Program-made: the position numbers and the translations under genes | The notes under the pieces: generated by a model | The model's input: only the letters and a program-made list of their open reading frames with translations | What the model was told of the DNA's origin: nothing | Database searches by the model: none | Sequence record: NC_073054.1 | DNA length: 45,011 nucleotides | Reading direction: 5' to 3' (one strand) | From: Escherichia phage JLBYU37 | Shown: in pieces, positions 36,888 to 44,776 of the stretch | How positions within the stretch are numbered: position 1 is the first letter of the stretch | How the letters are laid out: each line of letters starts with the position of its first letter

Positions 36888-37187
36888 TTAATCGAAAATG
36901 GACCACTTGCCGACGCCTTTCCACTCCCATCCACTCGACCGGACGGCCTCGAACATCCGGCCCCCTATCATATCCCGATACCACAGCCACCACATGCGCA
37001 ACCTGGTCGGGTGCTCCGTGATTCCACGGCGCTTGTATACCTCGAACGTCATCCGGGTAATGCTGGCAGCTTCCACCGCAGGCCATACCAGGAATACCCA
37101 TATTGCGCCCAGCACTCCCGTAACCAGGCATAACATGCTGACCATACCAAACCAATAAATCACATCATGAATCATAATCTGCCCCAT
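36888..37187 (-). CDS. membrane protein (95-99 aa)
   Basis: N-terminal TM helices (VIYWFGMVSMLCLVTGVLGAIWVFLVW); alternative start ATG 37175 coupled to the upstream small ORF. Confidence 0.45.
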   Translation of the reverse strand: MGQIMIHDVIYWFGMVSMLCLVTGVLGAIWVFLVWPAVEAASITRMTFEVYKRRGITEHPTRLRMWWLWYRDMIGGRMFEAVRSSGWEWKGVGKWSIFD

Positions 37188-37273
37188 AGGTATTTAACCA
37201 GACTAATAACCGACGCCAACAGCACCAGGGCCGCCAGACTACCGCCACATACTACCGCGAAGACGTATAGCAT
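37172..37273 (-). CDS. small single-pass membrane peptide (33 aa)
   Basis: GGAAGGGG RBS 8 nt upstream of ATG 37273; MLYVFAVVCGGSLAALVLLASVISLVKYLWGRL; stop overlaps the next ATG. Confidence 0.4.
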   Translation of the reverse strand: MLYVFAVVCGGSLAALVLLASVISLVKYLWGRL

Positions 37274-37378
37274 CGAATTGCCCCTTCCGGTTTGCCAATA
37301 TGGCGCGCCCATGCACGCGCCACGAAGTAATTGCGAAATACCCGACCGCCTATCTCGAAGCGGTTATGCATCAGCATA

Positions 37379-37549
37379 TCACGAATCACAGCCGACACGG
37401 GATACGACCTCCAGATGTGGGTTATGGCGAGGTGCCCAGTGCACTTGCTTAGTCGCCGTATTACGCAGTTTAACCTGGTAATGGGTCACGGCGACAACCA
37501 GGTACAAATCGCGGGTTAATCTATCCCGCACTAAATCGAATTTATTCAT
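37379..37549 (-). CDS. small basic hypothetical protein (56 aa)
   Basis: ATG overlaps the stop of gene 37546-38100 (ATGA); low-complexity basic sequence; weak support. Confidence 0.3.
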   Translation of the reverse strand: MNKFDLVRDRLTRDLYLVVAVTHYQVKLRNTATKQVHWAPRHNPHLEVVSRVGCDS

Positions 37550-38100
37550 CTCAGAACGACCCCGCGCGGATCGGTAGACTTCATGCTGCCGTCAGGGTAG
37601 ACCAGAAGCACACCAATGCCAAAGCGCTTTGCGTCCAGATTAGCCATGCGCATTGCATCGCATTGCTGGGTAATGGCCTTCCGGGCGTTGTCGATATGCT
37701 CGCGCACCTTGCTCTCGTCGTATTTGGTATATGGGTGCTCCGTACGGGTGATCGCTTTCGCCACGACGCCAGGGCGCTTAGGTGTGTAGTTCCGGCCTAC
37801 GCGGGTGTAATTCACCAGGGTGGCGGGGTTAATAGTCGCGCCTGCCACCAGAGTGCTGTCGATAGTAATCCATTCCGTCCCGACTGACTTCACGACCCAG
37901 GTGTAGTCATTGCCATCACAACGCAGCACATCACCTACTCGTACGTCGTGGTGCACTACCTGCAAATGCTCATGCAGGGTGGCTTTCTTGTACCAGAATA
38001 CGCGGTCGCTGGCTTCATGGTACATGCGCACATAGTTCGGCAGCACTTCGATCGGCTTCAGGATATAGCCATCGCACTTACGGCGGAATAGTAATTTCAT
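37546..38100 (-). CDS. hypothetical protein (184 aa)
   Basis: Well-formed ORF coupled to flanking small ORFs; no motif recognised. Confidence 0.55.
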   Translation of the reverse strand: MKLLFRRKCDGYILKPIEVLPNYVRMYHEASDRVFWYKKATLHEHLQVVHHDVRVGDVLRCDGNDYTWVVKSVGTEWITIDSTLVAGATINPATLVNYTRVGRNYTPKRPGVVAKAITRTEHPYTKYDESKVREHIDNARKAITQQCDAMRMANLDAKRFGIGVLLVYPDGSMKSTDPRGVVLR

Positions 38101-38231
38101 TGTTCTGTCTCCTCGATCTCGTCAATTGCTTTTGTGTCGCCATCGCATACCGTAGCGATGCCGTTTTGTTCGTAGTCAAGTACGCACATATGCAGGTCGA
38201 TAAACGCCTGCGATATTCCGTCTAAGAACAT
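38097..38231 (-). CDS. small acidic hypothetical protein (44 aa)
   Basis: GGGAGA RBS 7 nt upstream of ATG 38231; stop coupled by ATGA to gene 37546-38100; overlaps the end of ORF 38222-38497. Confidence 0.3.
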   Translation of the reverse strand: MFLDGISQAFIDLHMCVLDYEQNGIATVCDGDTKAIDEIEETEQ

Positions 38232-38497
38232 TTGCTCAGTCTCCCGTGTTTGCCCACCCGCTCAATGGCGGGCTTCTGGCGTAATGTAATACGTATTCCC
38301 ATTGGTTGCAAGGAAGTCCGCACCCTGAAATCGTGTTGTGCTGCGAACTGGTGTAAGTAGCGAGTCTGCGTCAACGGCTTTACGTCGTCGCGATAGCACC
38401 AGAATACCGATTCGCCCTCAACTGCATTCTCAGCCCATATTCGTATGCAATGCAGGGGAATATGCCACGAAAGCTGTTTTGCTCGCCTACGGCCCAT
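38222..38497 (-). CDS. hypothetical protein (91 aa)
   Basis: AAGGGG RBS directly after the stop of gene 38507-38812. Confidence 0.4.
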   Translation of the reverse strand: MGRRRAKQLSWHIPLHCIRIWAENAVEGESVFWCYRDDVKPLTQTRYLHQFAAQHDFRVRTSLQPMGIRITLRQKPAIERVGKHGRLSKCS

Positions 38498-38506
38498 TTT
38501 GGCCCC

Positions 38507-38812
38507 TTATTTCGCAAGCTGGGTGAATAGCTCACGCTGGGCTTTAATCCGGGCGACGTTTGTCACTGCCTTATCGCCAATACCGAAGCGATATGCCAGG
38601 CGCTCGCGGGAGAATGCACGCGCGTATTCGTGGATTGCCTTCGCCAGCGTCTTCAGTTCGTCAAGGCTGGCATCCATGCCGTCGAGCGCATACATGATTG
38701 CCTGCTGGGCCAGTATTACTACATGCGCCGCGCGGTCTGCGTTGCCGTTCAGAGCCTTCGCTTCGTCCAGCTTCGCCAGGGCCATTGCGTAATTCCAGAT
38801 TAATGCTCTCAT
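38507..38812 (-). CDS. hypothetical helical protein (101 aa), first gene of the minus-strand operon
   Basis: GAGGA RBS; preceded by the motif-bearing promoter at 38824-38880. Confidence 0.5.
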   Translation of the reverse strand: MRALIWNYAMALAKLDEAKALNGNADRAAHVVILAQQAIMYALDGMDASLDELKTLAKAIHEYARAFSRERLAYRFGIGDKAVTNVARIKAQRELFTQLAK

Positions 38813-38823
38813 CGTTCAGTCCT

Positions 38824-38880
38824 CATGTTGGTGTGCAACCAATATAGCAAGGTGCCAGGGCGAATGCAACCAATATTAAT
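38824..38880 (-). promoter_or_regulatory. sigma70-like promoter with two motif copies (minus strand)
   Basis: On minus strand TTGCAT (plus 38864-38869) N17 TATATT (plus 38841-38846) followed by GGTTGCACACCAAC, same cassette as at 28470-28489; TGCAACCAA at 38834-38842 and 38865-38873. Confidence 0.55.
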
Positions 38881-39024
38881 CACGCGCATGAAAAAGTTGA
38901 TCGCTATCTGCTGTGACTGCAAACTGCGTTTTTCACTCCGCATAATGCAACCCGCATTGGTTGCCTAGTTCATCGACGACCGCTCTTCGCATCATGCTGC
39001 CGTGTATTTTGCAATCTCCAGATT

Positions 39025-39211
39025 TTATTCAGTCTCAGACGAGGGGGGCCACTGACCCCCGTCTAGTCTGAAAGACTGGGGTGCTGTCCCGCTGTCCCGC
39101 TCCTCTGGAAGCCGCGTCATCCGGGGCGGGACGGGGGTGCTGTCCCGCTTTGTCCCGCCCCTTGTTTGTCCCGCTTTTTGTCCCGCTTACTTTATGCAAT
39201 AAAACTGCATA
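39025..39211. repeat. non-coding iteron-rich element, copy 2 (beside the primase-helicase gene)
   Basis: ~90% identical to 22570-22756; GTCCCGC half-sites at 10-16 bp spacing; inverted GCGGGAC...GTCCCGC pair; followed by A/T-rich stretch 39190-39235. Confidence 0.75.
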
Positions 39212-39271
39212 ACTATTCATTATATCTACACTACACGGCAACCAATGCGATATAGATTTAATGCTCAATCT

Positions 39272-39352
39272 GGCAACCAATACGCGCACAAATTAATCGT
39301 TTAGCGATATGGGAATTCCCATATCGGCAACCAATACGCGCAAATTTTAATC
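39272..39352 (+). repeat. two ~28 bp direct repeats GGCAACCAATACGCGCA(C)AAATT(T)TAATC
   Basis: Copies at 39272-39299 and 39326-39352, 54 bp apart; second copy overlaps the primase-helicase stop codon. Confidence 0.6.
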
Positions 39353-41611
39353 TTTTAAGTCATCATCGGTCGCCGAAAGCGTGATGGGTATATTCGTTTT
39401 TATGACAATATTCGACGACCCATAGATGGCTCCGGTGTGTGGGTCTGTATAAAAACCGAGTACGCCGCGCTCGACCATATCGTCGATTGCCTTCGTCGAT
39501 GTGCCACCTTTCGCAAGCCCAGCCTGGCGGACAATTGCCGATTTACTGAATCCGGTATGGTCCGGGTTATCTTCCATCAGTTTTTCCAGCGCTGCATAAA
39601 GCACTTTCTCTTTTTCGTTGCGCGGTCCTGCTGCGTTCTCTTCCTTAACTGCTGCCTTGCCAGCGGCCTTCGCCTGTTCGATGGCGAACGGTGCCAGGGC
39701 GACCGGTACGAGGTAAAGAGTCTCGTCGCGTGGCGTGGAGGCAATTGGCTTGACGTCCCAACCGGCAACTACATCGCCGAAGTCCGGCCCGGTGCTGGTG
39801 GACTGGTGTGCCTCGAACGCCTCGGACTTGCGGAGATCCACCTTAACCTTGCACTTGAGCAGGACGAAGCCGCGCGGCGCTTGCTTAATGCCGTTACGTG
39901 CCTTCTCATGATACAGGTTCAATTGGCCTGGCTGGTTGTCGTCTGGTTGCTCCAGGAAGAACGCGGAATCGACAGCACCATGCAGCGCGCCGGACCCACG
40001 GGGAGATCTGCTGCCGTTTGCACCCTTCGCCGGGTGGTGGATGACTCCCGCACTTCCGCCGGTCTTCTCCGCGATGGCCTTCAGCGCTTTGACCACTTCA
40101 CCCATATCGCTGGCGTTGTTCTCGTCGAACGGTTTAGCATCCGCGGACCGCAACGCAACAGTCTGGTTGAGTGAGTCGAACGCCACCAGGCCAACCGGTT
40201 CGCCGTTAGCGGTGCGGTTGATAAAGCTGATAACTTCGCGCAAGCCTGATTTGCTGGTGATATCCCAGCCGCGTGACTGCAGGTCTATAATGTGCAGCTT
40301 GTCCAGGTCGTGCTCATATTTAATCTGCAATGCTTCTTTACGCTGGTTGGAGGCTTCGCCACCTTCCGCGTCAAAATAGAAGCAATGAGACTGGACGACC
40401 TTCGCACCGCCAAACGGAATACCCGCGGCAACTGCGCCCATCTGGCCCAGCACGTAGAAAGACTTACCGATATTCGACTCACCCGCCATATACCAGGTCG
40501 ATTTAAAGTTAATCAACCCCTCGATGATCGGGTCGTGCTTGCTGAACAGCGCAACCGGCTCGTTATCCAGATCCGCATCGGTGCACACGCCGTATTCTTC
40601 GCCGTCGCCAACCGCATCAACAATATGTTCATATAAGGATTCGACTTCCTCGTCGTCCAGCCCCGGAAGGATGGCGGCGATTTGCTTACGGGACATGTTG
40701 TGCGGTTCGACGTTCAGGTGGTCCGGGATCCCGATAAGACGTAGCGCCAGGTGCTGGTGTCTGTTCAGTTCCGAGCAACACTCGTTGCCGGTGTGCATAC
40801 ACTTGAAACGGATCTCGCCATCCTTGACCATGATAGCCGTCGACCCTTCGCCGCTGTGCAGATGTTCGTTCGGGCACGGCACTTCATAACCGCGACCAGA
40901 AGATAACTCCTCGAATCCGGCCTGGAAGCACCAGTCCAGAATGCCGTCTGCCACTGCGTCGTCGCCCTGGGTAAGCTCGCGGCGTACTTCCTCTTTTTCC
41001 ATTCCCAGCTTATCAGCCAGGCGAAGCAGACGACGGACGCGGGCACGTTTGCCGTAGTGACACTTAACAACCGATTGCTGGTGAGGCAGGTACATAAGGC
41101 GGTTTGTGTCTTTCGTGCAGTCGTCGAAGTCCACATCTGACAGGCCCAGTTGGTGCAATAGCGCATACTGGACACGGCCCAGGTCTTCAGCCGGTACAGG
41201 CTTGTCGGTCAACACAAGGAAGCGAGCGCAACGCGTTCCACCTTTCAGTGGGTGACGGTCGCCGGTTGTGGTGTGGAAGACGTGCTCCAGTCCCGCGTCG
41301 ATGAACGCCTTACGGCAGCGGCGTAGGGTGCGGGTGTCAGTACGGTCAATATCGAAGAACAGGATCGAGCGGTCCACCGCACTGGTCTTGCGACGTAAGC
41401 CGTCACTGGTATAAGCCACAATACCATCGGCCTTACGCTTGCGGCGTGCATACTCCGCTTTATCTTCCGTCTTGTTGATATGCACCGAGGATATTTCTTT
41501 CGCATCATTAATAAATTCGAAAAACTCATCGGTGGTCATCTGGAAGTTTTCCGCCCTGGCTTTTTCGCCTTTTTTAGCGGGTTTTGTTACAGCGAATTTA
41601 ATCAAGCTCAT
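39347..41611 (-). CDS. primase-helicase (N-terminal primase-polymerase-like domain, zinc-binding region, C-terminal P-loop NTPase)
   Basis: 754 aa; ILFFDIDR acidic motif, Cys/His cluster CPNEHLH...CMHTGNEC, Walker A GESNIGKS, Walker B-like LVAFD. Confidence 0.8.
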   Translation of the reverse strand: MSLIKFAVTKPAKKGEKARAENFQMTTDEFFEFINDAKEISSVHINKTEDKAEYARRKRKADGIVAYTSDGLRRKTSAVDRSILFFDIDRTDTRTLRRCRKAFIDAGLEHVFHTTTGDRHPLKGGTRCARFLVLTDKPVPAEDLGRVQYALLHQLGLSDVDFDDCTKDTNRLMYLPHQQSVVKCHYGKRARVRRLLRLADKLGMEKEEVRRELTQGDDAVADGILDWCFQAGFEELSSGRGYEVPCPNEHLHSGEGSTAIMVKDGEIRFKCMHTGNECCSELNRHQHLALRLIGIPDHLNVEPHNMSRKQIAAILPGLDDEEVESLYEHIVDAVGDGEEYGVCTDADLDNEPVALFSKHDPIIEGLINFKSTWYMAGESNIGKSFYVLGQMGAVAAGIPFGGAKVVQSHCFYFDAEGGEASNQRKEALQIKYEHDLDKLHIIDLQSRGWDITSKSGLREVISFINRTANGEPVGLVAFDSLNQTVALRSADAKPFDENNASDMGEVVKALKAIAEKTGGSAGVIHHPAKGANGSRSPRGSGALHGAVDSAFFLEQPDDNQPGQLNLYHEKARNGIKQAPRGFVLLKCKVKVDLRKSEAFEAHQSTSTGPDFGDVVAGWDVKPIASTPRDETLYLVPVALAPFAIEQAKAAGKAAVKEENAAGPRNEKEKVLYAALEKLMEDNPDHTGFSKSAIVRQAGLAKGGTSTKAIDDMVERGVLGFYTDPHTGAIYGSSNIVIKTNIPITLSATDDDLKD

Positions 41612-41621
41612 TGCCGTGGCC

Positions 41622-41951
41622 TTACTTAGAAGTTTTATTATTGCGTACCCAGGAGCGCACTGTGCTCTGATTAATTCCGGTCAACTCGGCAATCATCGCC
41701 CAGGATTTGCCCTCGGCGCGCAAACGGATAACCTGTTTTTTGTATTCTTCCATTTCTTCATTGTGCTTTTGCAGCTTGCTTGCTGCCGTGCCGTTGAGCA
41801 ATTCCAGCCTGGCGCGTAATTCTTTTTCGACACTGCGCAGTCGTTCGATTTCAAATAATACAGCCCCCACGGCATCGGTATATGCCCATGACCGGCTTGT
41901 CTCACTGCTAACAGTCTTCGTTAACATTTCGATTGCGTCGTTTACATTCAT
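41622..41951 (-). CDS. small HTH DNA-binding regulator (109 aa)
   Basis: C-terminal helix-turn-helix SWAMIAELTGINQSTVRSWVRNN; N-terminal coiled coil; GGGGG RBS; divergent from the early promoter region. Confidence 0.55.
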   Translation of the reverse strand: MNVNDAIEMLTKTVSSETSRSWAYTDAVGAVLFEIERLRSVEKELRARLELLNGTAASKLQKHNEEMEEYKKQVIRLRAEGKSWAMIAELTGINQSTVRSWVRNNKTSK

Positions 41952-41965
41952 TGTTCTGCCCCCAG

Positions 41966-41980
41966 TTGGTTAATGACCAA
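41966..41980. promoter_or_regulatory. palindromic operator TTGGT-taatg-ACCAA upstream of the HTH regulator gene
   Basis: Inverted repeat 15-29 nt upstream of the regulator start codon; same TTGGT half-site as the dispersed motif. Confidence 0.4.
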
Positions 41981-42024
41981 TGAAACTACACCTAAAACCG
42001 CAGGGTGTCAACTCCTCTGGAATA

Positions 42025-42053
42025 TTGAAACGGGCGCGCACGCGTGTAATAAT
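42025..42053 (+). promoter_or_regulatory. sigma70-like promoter TTGAAA-N16/17-TAATAA(T)
   Basis: TTGAAA at 42025-42030, TG then TAATAAT at 42045-42053; transcripts would run into the terminator at 42083-42118. Confidence 0.5.
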
Positions 42054-42082
42054 ACTCCCGTCTCATTGTCTCTTATTGGTTA

Positions 42083-42118
42083 GCGCCGTCGCATTTTGCT
42101 TCGGCGCTTTTTTTTTTT
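42083..42118 (+). terminator. strong rho-independent terminator
   Basis: GCGCCG-13 nt loop-CGGCGC followed by 11 consecutive T. Confidence 0.7.
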
Positions 42119-42129
42119 GAAATTAGTTG

Positions 42130-42158
42130 TTGACTCCCTTCTGCAACCAATCTAATAT
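42130..42158 (+). promoter_or_regulatory. near-consensus sigma70 promoter of the plus-strand early operon
   Basis: TTGACT (42130-42135) N17 TAATAT (42153-42158); TGCAACCAA motif at 42142-42150 inside the spacer. Confidence 0.6.
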
Positions 42159-42218
42159 TCACTCCGTCGACAGGGCATACCGCCCGGACACCTAAACTTA
42201 ACCAATCGGAGATATACC

Positions 42219-42737
42219 ATGTTTGAGCAAATCGTAAACCTGATCACTCGCGGCGTAGTAGCACTGGAAACCATTGCAAAGCATTATGAAACCGTTGGCG
42301 CTGCCGTTGGTAAGCAGGAAGACAAGAAGCCGTCTAAGGCCAAAAAAGAAGTTGTCGAAGATGGCGACGACGACGCCGAAGACGAAAAACCGGCTAAAGC
42401 TAAAAAAGCACCGGCGAAGGGTAAGGCCAAAAAAGAAGTCGTAGAAGATGACGACGACGAAGACGCCGAAGACGAAAAACCGGCTAAGGCCAAAAAAGCA
42501 CCGGCGAAAGGCAAAGGTAAGAAAGATGCCGATCCGCTGGCGGAGATGCGCGACGAAATCAAACAGTATGCCGCGATTATCGCCGGTGGTGATGACGACG
42601 ATGCGAACGACGAATTCGACGACCTGCTGGAAGCGTTCGAGATCAAATCAATCGCCAAGCTGGAAGATGACGACGTCGAAGACTTCCACAAAGATTTAAA
42701 AGAAATCGTCGAGACTTATTTCGAACTGGAAGACTAA
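42219..42737 (+). CDS. highly acidic protein with tandem charged repeats (172 aa)
   Basis: First gene after the early promoter; two ~90 bp tandem repeats encoding KKEVVEDxDDDAEDEKPAKAKKAPAKGK; acidic C-terminal helical region. Confidence 0.6.
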   Translation: MFEQIVNLITRGVVALETIAKHYETVGAAVGKQEDKKPSKAKKEVVEDGDDDAEDEKPAKAKKAPAKGKAKKEVVEDDDDEDAEDEKPAKAKKAPAKGKGKKDADPLAEMRDEIKQYAAIIAGGDDDDANDEFDDLLEAFEIKSIAKLEDDDVEDFHKDLKEIVETYFELED

Positions 42738-42741
42738 TATC

Positions 42742-42867
42742 ATGGACTATGAAATGAGAATCATGCTCGATTTCATAGCAGAAAATTGGGCGGCATTCAC
42801 CGCCTTCTGCGAAGAAAGAGGCGACGACCCGGACGAGGTTTATAAACAACTCGGCGGTGAAGATTAA
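42742..42867 (+). CDS. small hypothetical protein (41 aa)
   Basis: MDYEMRIMLDFIAENWAAFTAFCEERGDDPDEVYKQLGGED; followed by a terminator; weak RBS. Confidence 0.3.
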   Translation: MDYEMRIMLDFIAENWAAFTAFCEERGDDPDEVYKQLGGED

Positions 42868-42873
42868 TATTAT

Positions 42874-42902
42874 CCGGCCCGCATATTAGCGGGCCTCTTT
42901 TT
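42874..42902 (+). terminator. rho-independent terminator
   Basis: CCGGCCCGC-atatta-GCGGGCC followed by TCTTTTT. Confidence 0.65.
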
Positions 42903-42915
42903 AGAGGACGAGACA

Positions 42916-43167
42916 ATGGCACGATTCACGCTAATCGAGGCGGTGGATTCCCGCGACCAGCGCCCGTACTATTGGCTATTCGAACGCATCGGCAGCTTTC
43001 AATCCCGCGTTGCCGTAATAGATAAACGCCGTAACACGCCCGCGCAAATTAAGCGCACCACCTTTACTAATCCCGACTTTTATATTTGGGCGGATTCAAA
43101 TCTGGAATATGTTCGCTTCGCAGTTGCATCCGAAGCAAAAACAATCGACCGCTGGGAGACAAAATAA
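42916..43167 (+). CDS. hypothetical protein (83 aa)
   Basis: ATG 42916; stop overlaps the next ATG (TAATG); no motif recognised. Confidence 0.45.
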   Translation: MARFTLIEAVDSRDQRPYYWLFERIGSFQSRVAVIDKRRNTPAQIKRTTFTNPDFYIWADSNLEYVRFAVASEAKTIDRWETK

Positions 43168-43346
43168 TGAAATTCTTCGTCATGGCAACTTGCCACGAAT
43201 TAAACGATCACACTTCTTTTATTGTTGAAAACACCAACGCAAGCAATTGCTTTGTGGACGCGCAAAATGAAGTTAAGCGCCGAGTCGAAAAAGCGGGCCT
43301 GGCTAATGTGAAATATGTAATTGTCCAGTTTACACGGGTGGAATAA
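43167..43346 (+). CDS. hypothetical protein (59 aa)
   Basis: ATG 43167 in frame with track ORF 43086-43346; coupled on both sides. Confidence 0.4.
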   Translation: MKFFVMATCHELNDHTSFIVENTNASNCFVDAQNEVKRRVEKAGLANVKYVIVQFTRVE

Positions 43347-44776
43347 TGGCGATTAAACCAAAACGTAAAACGCAATCCGGTAGCAACACGGAACACTCAT
43401 TACTCGGGCCGTCCGGTGCTAAAAAATGGATGGGTTGCCCTGCCGCCCTGGTGGTGGAAAAAGATATCCCGAACGAATCCGGGCAAGCGGCGATTAACGG
43501 TACGAGTATGCACACCGTATCAGAGGTCGTGCTAAACCGCATTATCGCCGGTGAGAAGCTGATAACCGCGAAGACGTATAAAGGGTGCTACGTCGAGAAC
43601 GAAGGCAAGGGGCCAGTAAAGGCCCACCCGAAAGCACCGAAAGGCGGCGTACTGGTCAACGACGACATGGTGAAACAGTGCGACGCGTACATCGACCACT
43701 GGCGACCGCTCCTCGAAGTGGCGGAGTTTGTTCAGCTTGAGATGCGCGCCGATCTGACCCGCGTCCTTCACTCAGGCTTCGAGATCGACGGCAACCTGGT
43801 TAAGACGTTCGGTACTGCCGATATGGTTATGGTCATGAAGAAGACCGACGGCACGTACATGCTGATTGTTGGCGACCTGAAGACGGGACGACATAAGGTC
43901 GAGGCGAAAGAAAACAAACAGCTTATGTTGTACGCGCTCGGCCTGCTGCGCAAGCTGAAAACTATGTACGACATTACGACCGTGCGCCTGGTTATCTTCC
44001 AGCCGTATTGCGGCGGGGCGTCGGAGTGGGATATTTCGGTAGAAGCCCTGGAGATATTCGCGAAGTTTGCGTCCAAGCGTGCTATCGCCGCCCTGGAAGC
44101 GTACGCCCGCGGCAAAAAGGGACTCACCCGTGCCGACTTCAGACCGAGCGTTGATGCGTGTCAGTGGTGCCGATTTGCGGATCAGTGTAGCGCCCGCGCT
44201 AAGGCCGCAATCGACACGATGACCCCACCAACGGCAACAGACGAAGACCTGGGCGACGACGTGAGTATTGCGACAGAGGAAGAATGCGCCAATCACGATC
44301 GCAATATGACCCGCGAAGCCCGCAAAGCGGCACGACGTGCGAAGCGTAGTAAGAAAGAAGCGGCACCAGGCGCTATGAGCGCGGCGGAACTGCGCAAGGC
44401 ATATGAGGGTCTAGACGCAATGCGCCAGCACATCAAGGCTATCGAGTCCGCGGTATTCAAGGCCGTAATGGCGGGTGATGGCGAATCGCTGGGCCTCAAG
44501 ATGGTTGCCGGTAAGGAAGGGATTCGCAAGTGGGCGGACGAACGCGAAGTGATTGAAATCTTCACTAAGGCCCGGATCAAGCGCGATGTGATGTACAAAG
44601 AAACATTACTCAGTCCTACCGATGCCGAGAAGGTACTGAAGGACGAGAAGCCGAAAGTATGGGCGAAGCTGTGTGATAAAATCACGCGCGCACCGGCTAA
44701 ACCGGTATTAGCGCCAATAGACGACCCGCGCCCTGCGTGGTCTGAAGCTACTGACGAGGACTTAAGCAATGAATAA
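43346..44776 (+). CDS. Cas4-like PD-(D/E)XK nuclease (DUF2800-type)
   Basis: 476 aa; central D...E-x-K-type core (IVGDLKTGRHKVE...QLMLYALGL) and cysteine cluster CQWCRFADQC; usual partner of the DUF2815/polymerase/helicase module. Confidence 0.65.
   Translation: MAIKPKRKTQSGSNTEHSLLGPSGAKKWMGCPAALVVEKDIPNESGQAAINGTSMHTVSEVVLNRIIAGEKLITAKTYKGCYVENEGKGPVKAHPKAPKGGVLVNDDMVKQCDAYIDHWRPLLEVAEFVQLEMRADLTRVLHSGFEIDGNLVKTFGTADMVMVMKKTDGTYMLIVGDLKTGRHKVEAKENKQLMLYALGLLRKLKTMYDITTVRLVIFQPYCGGASEWDISVEALEIFAKFASKRAIAALEAYARGKKGLTRADFRPSVDACQWCRFADQCSARAKAAIDTMTPPTATDEDLGDDVSIATEEECANHDRNMTREARKAARRAKRSKKEAAPGAMSAAELRKAYEGLDAMRQHIKAIESAVFKAVMAGDGESLGLKMVAGKEGIRKWADEREVIEIFTKARIKRDVMYKETLLSPTDAEKVLKDEKPKVWAKLCDKITRAPAKPVLAPIDDPRPAWSEATDEDLSNE

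Noticed and set aside
37167-37519. Plus-strand ORFs (104 and 62 aa) in the region between the lysis cassette and gene 37546-38100
   Set aside because: Non-protein-like composition and no RBS; the same DNA encodes RBS-preceded, translationally coupled small ORFs on the minus strand, matching the operon direction.
38302-38310. TTGGTTGCA motif copy inside ORF 38222-38497 as another promoter
   Set aside because: No acceptable -10 hexamer at 16-18 bp spacing and the site is intragenic; kept only as a motif occurrence.
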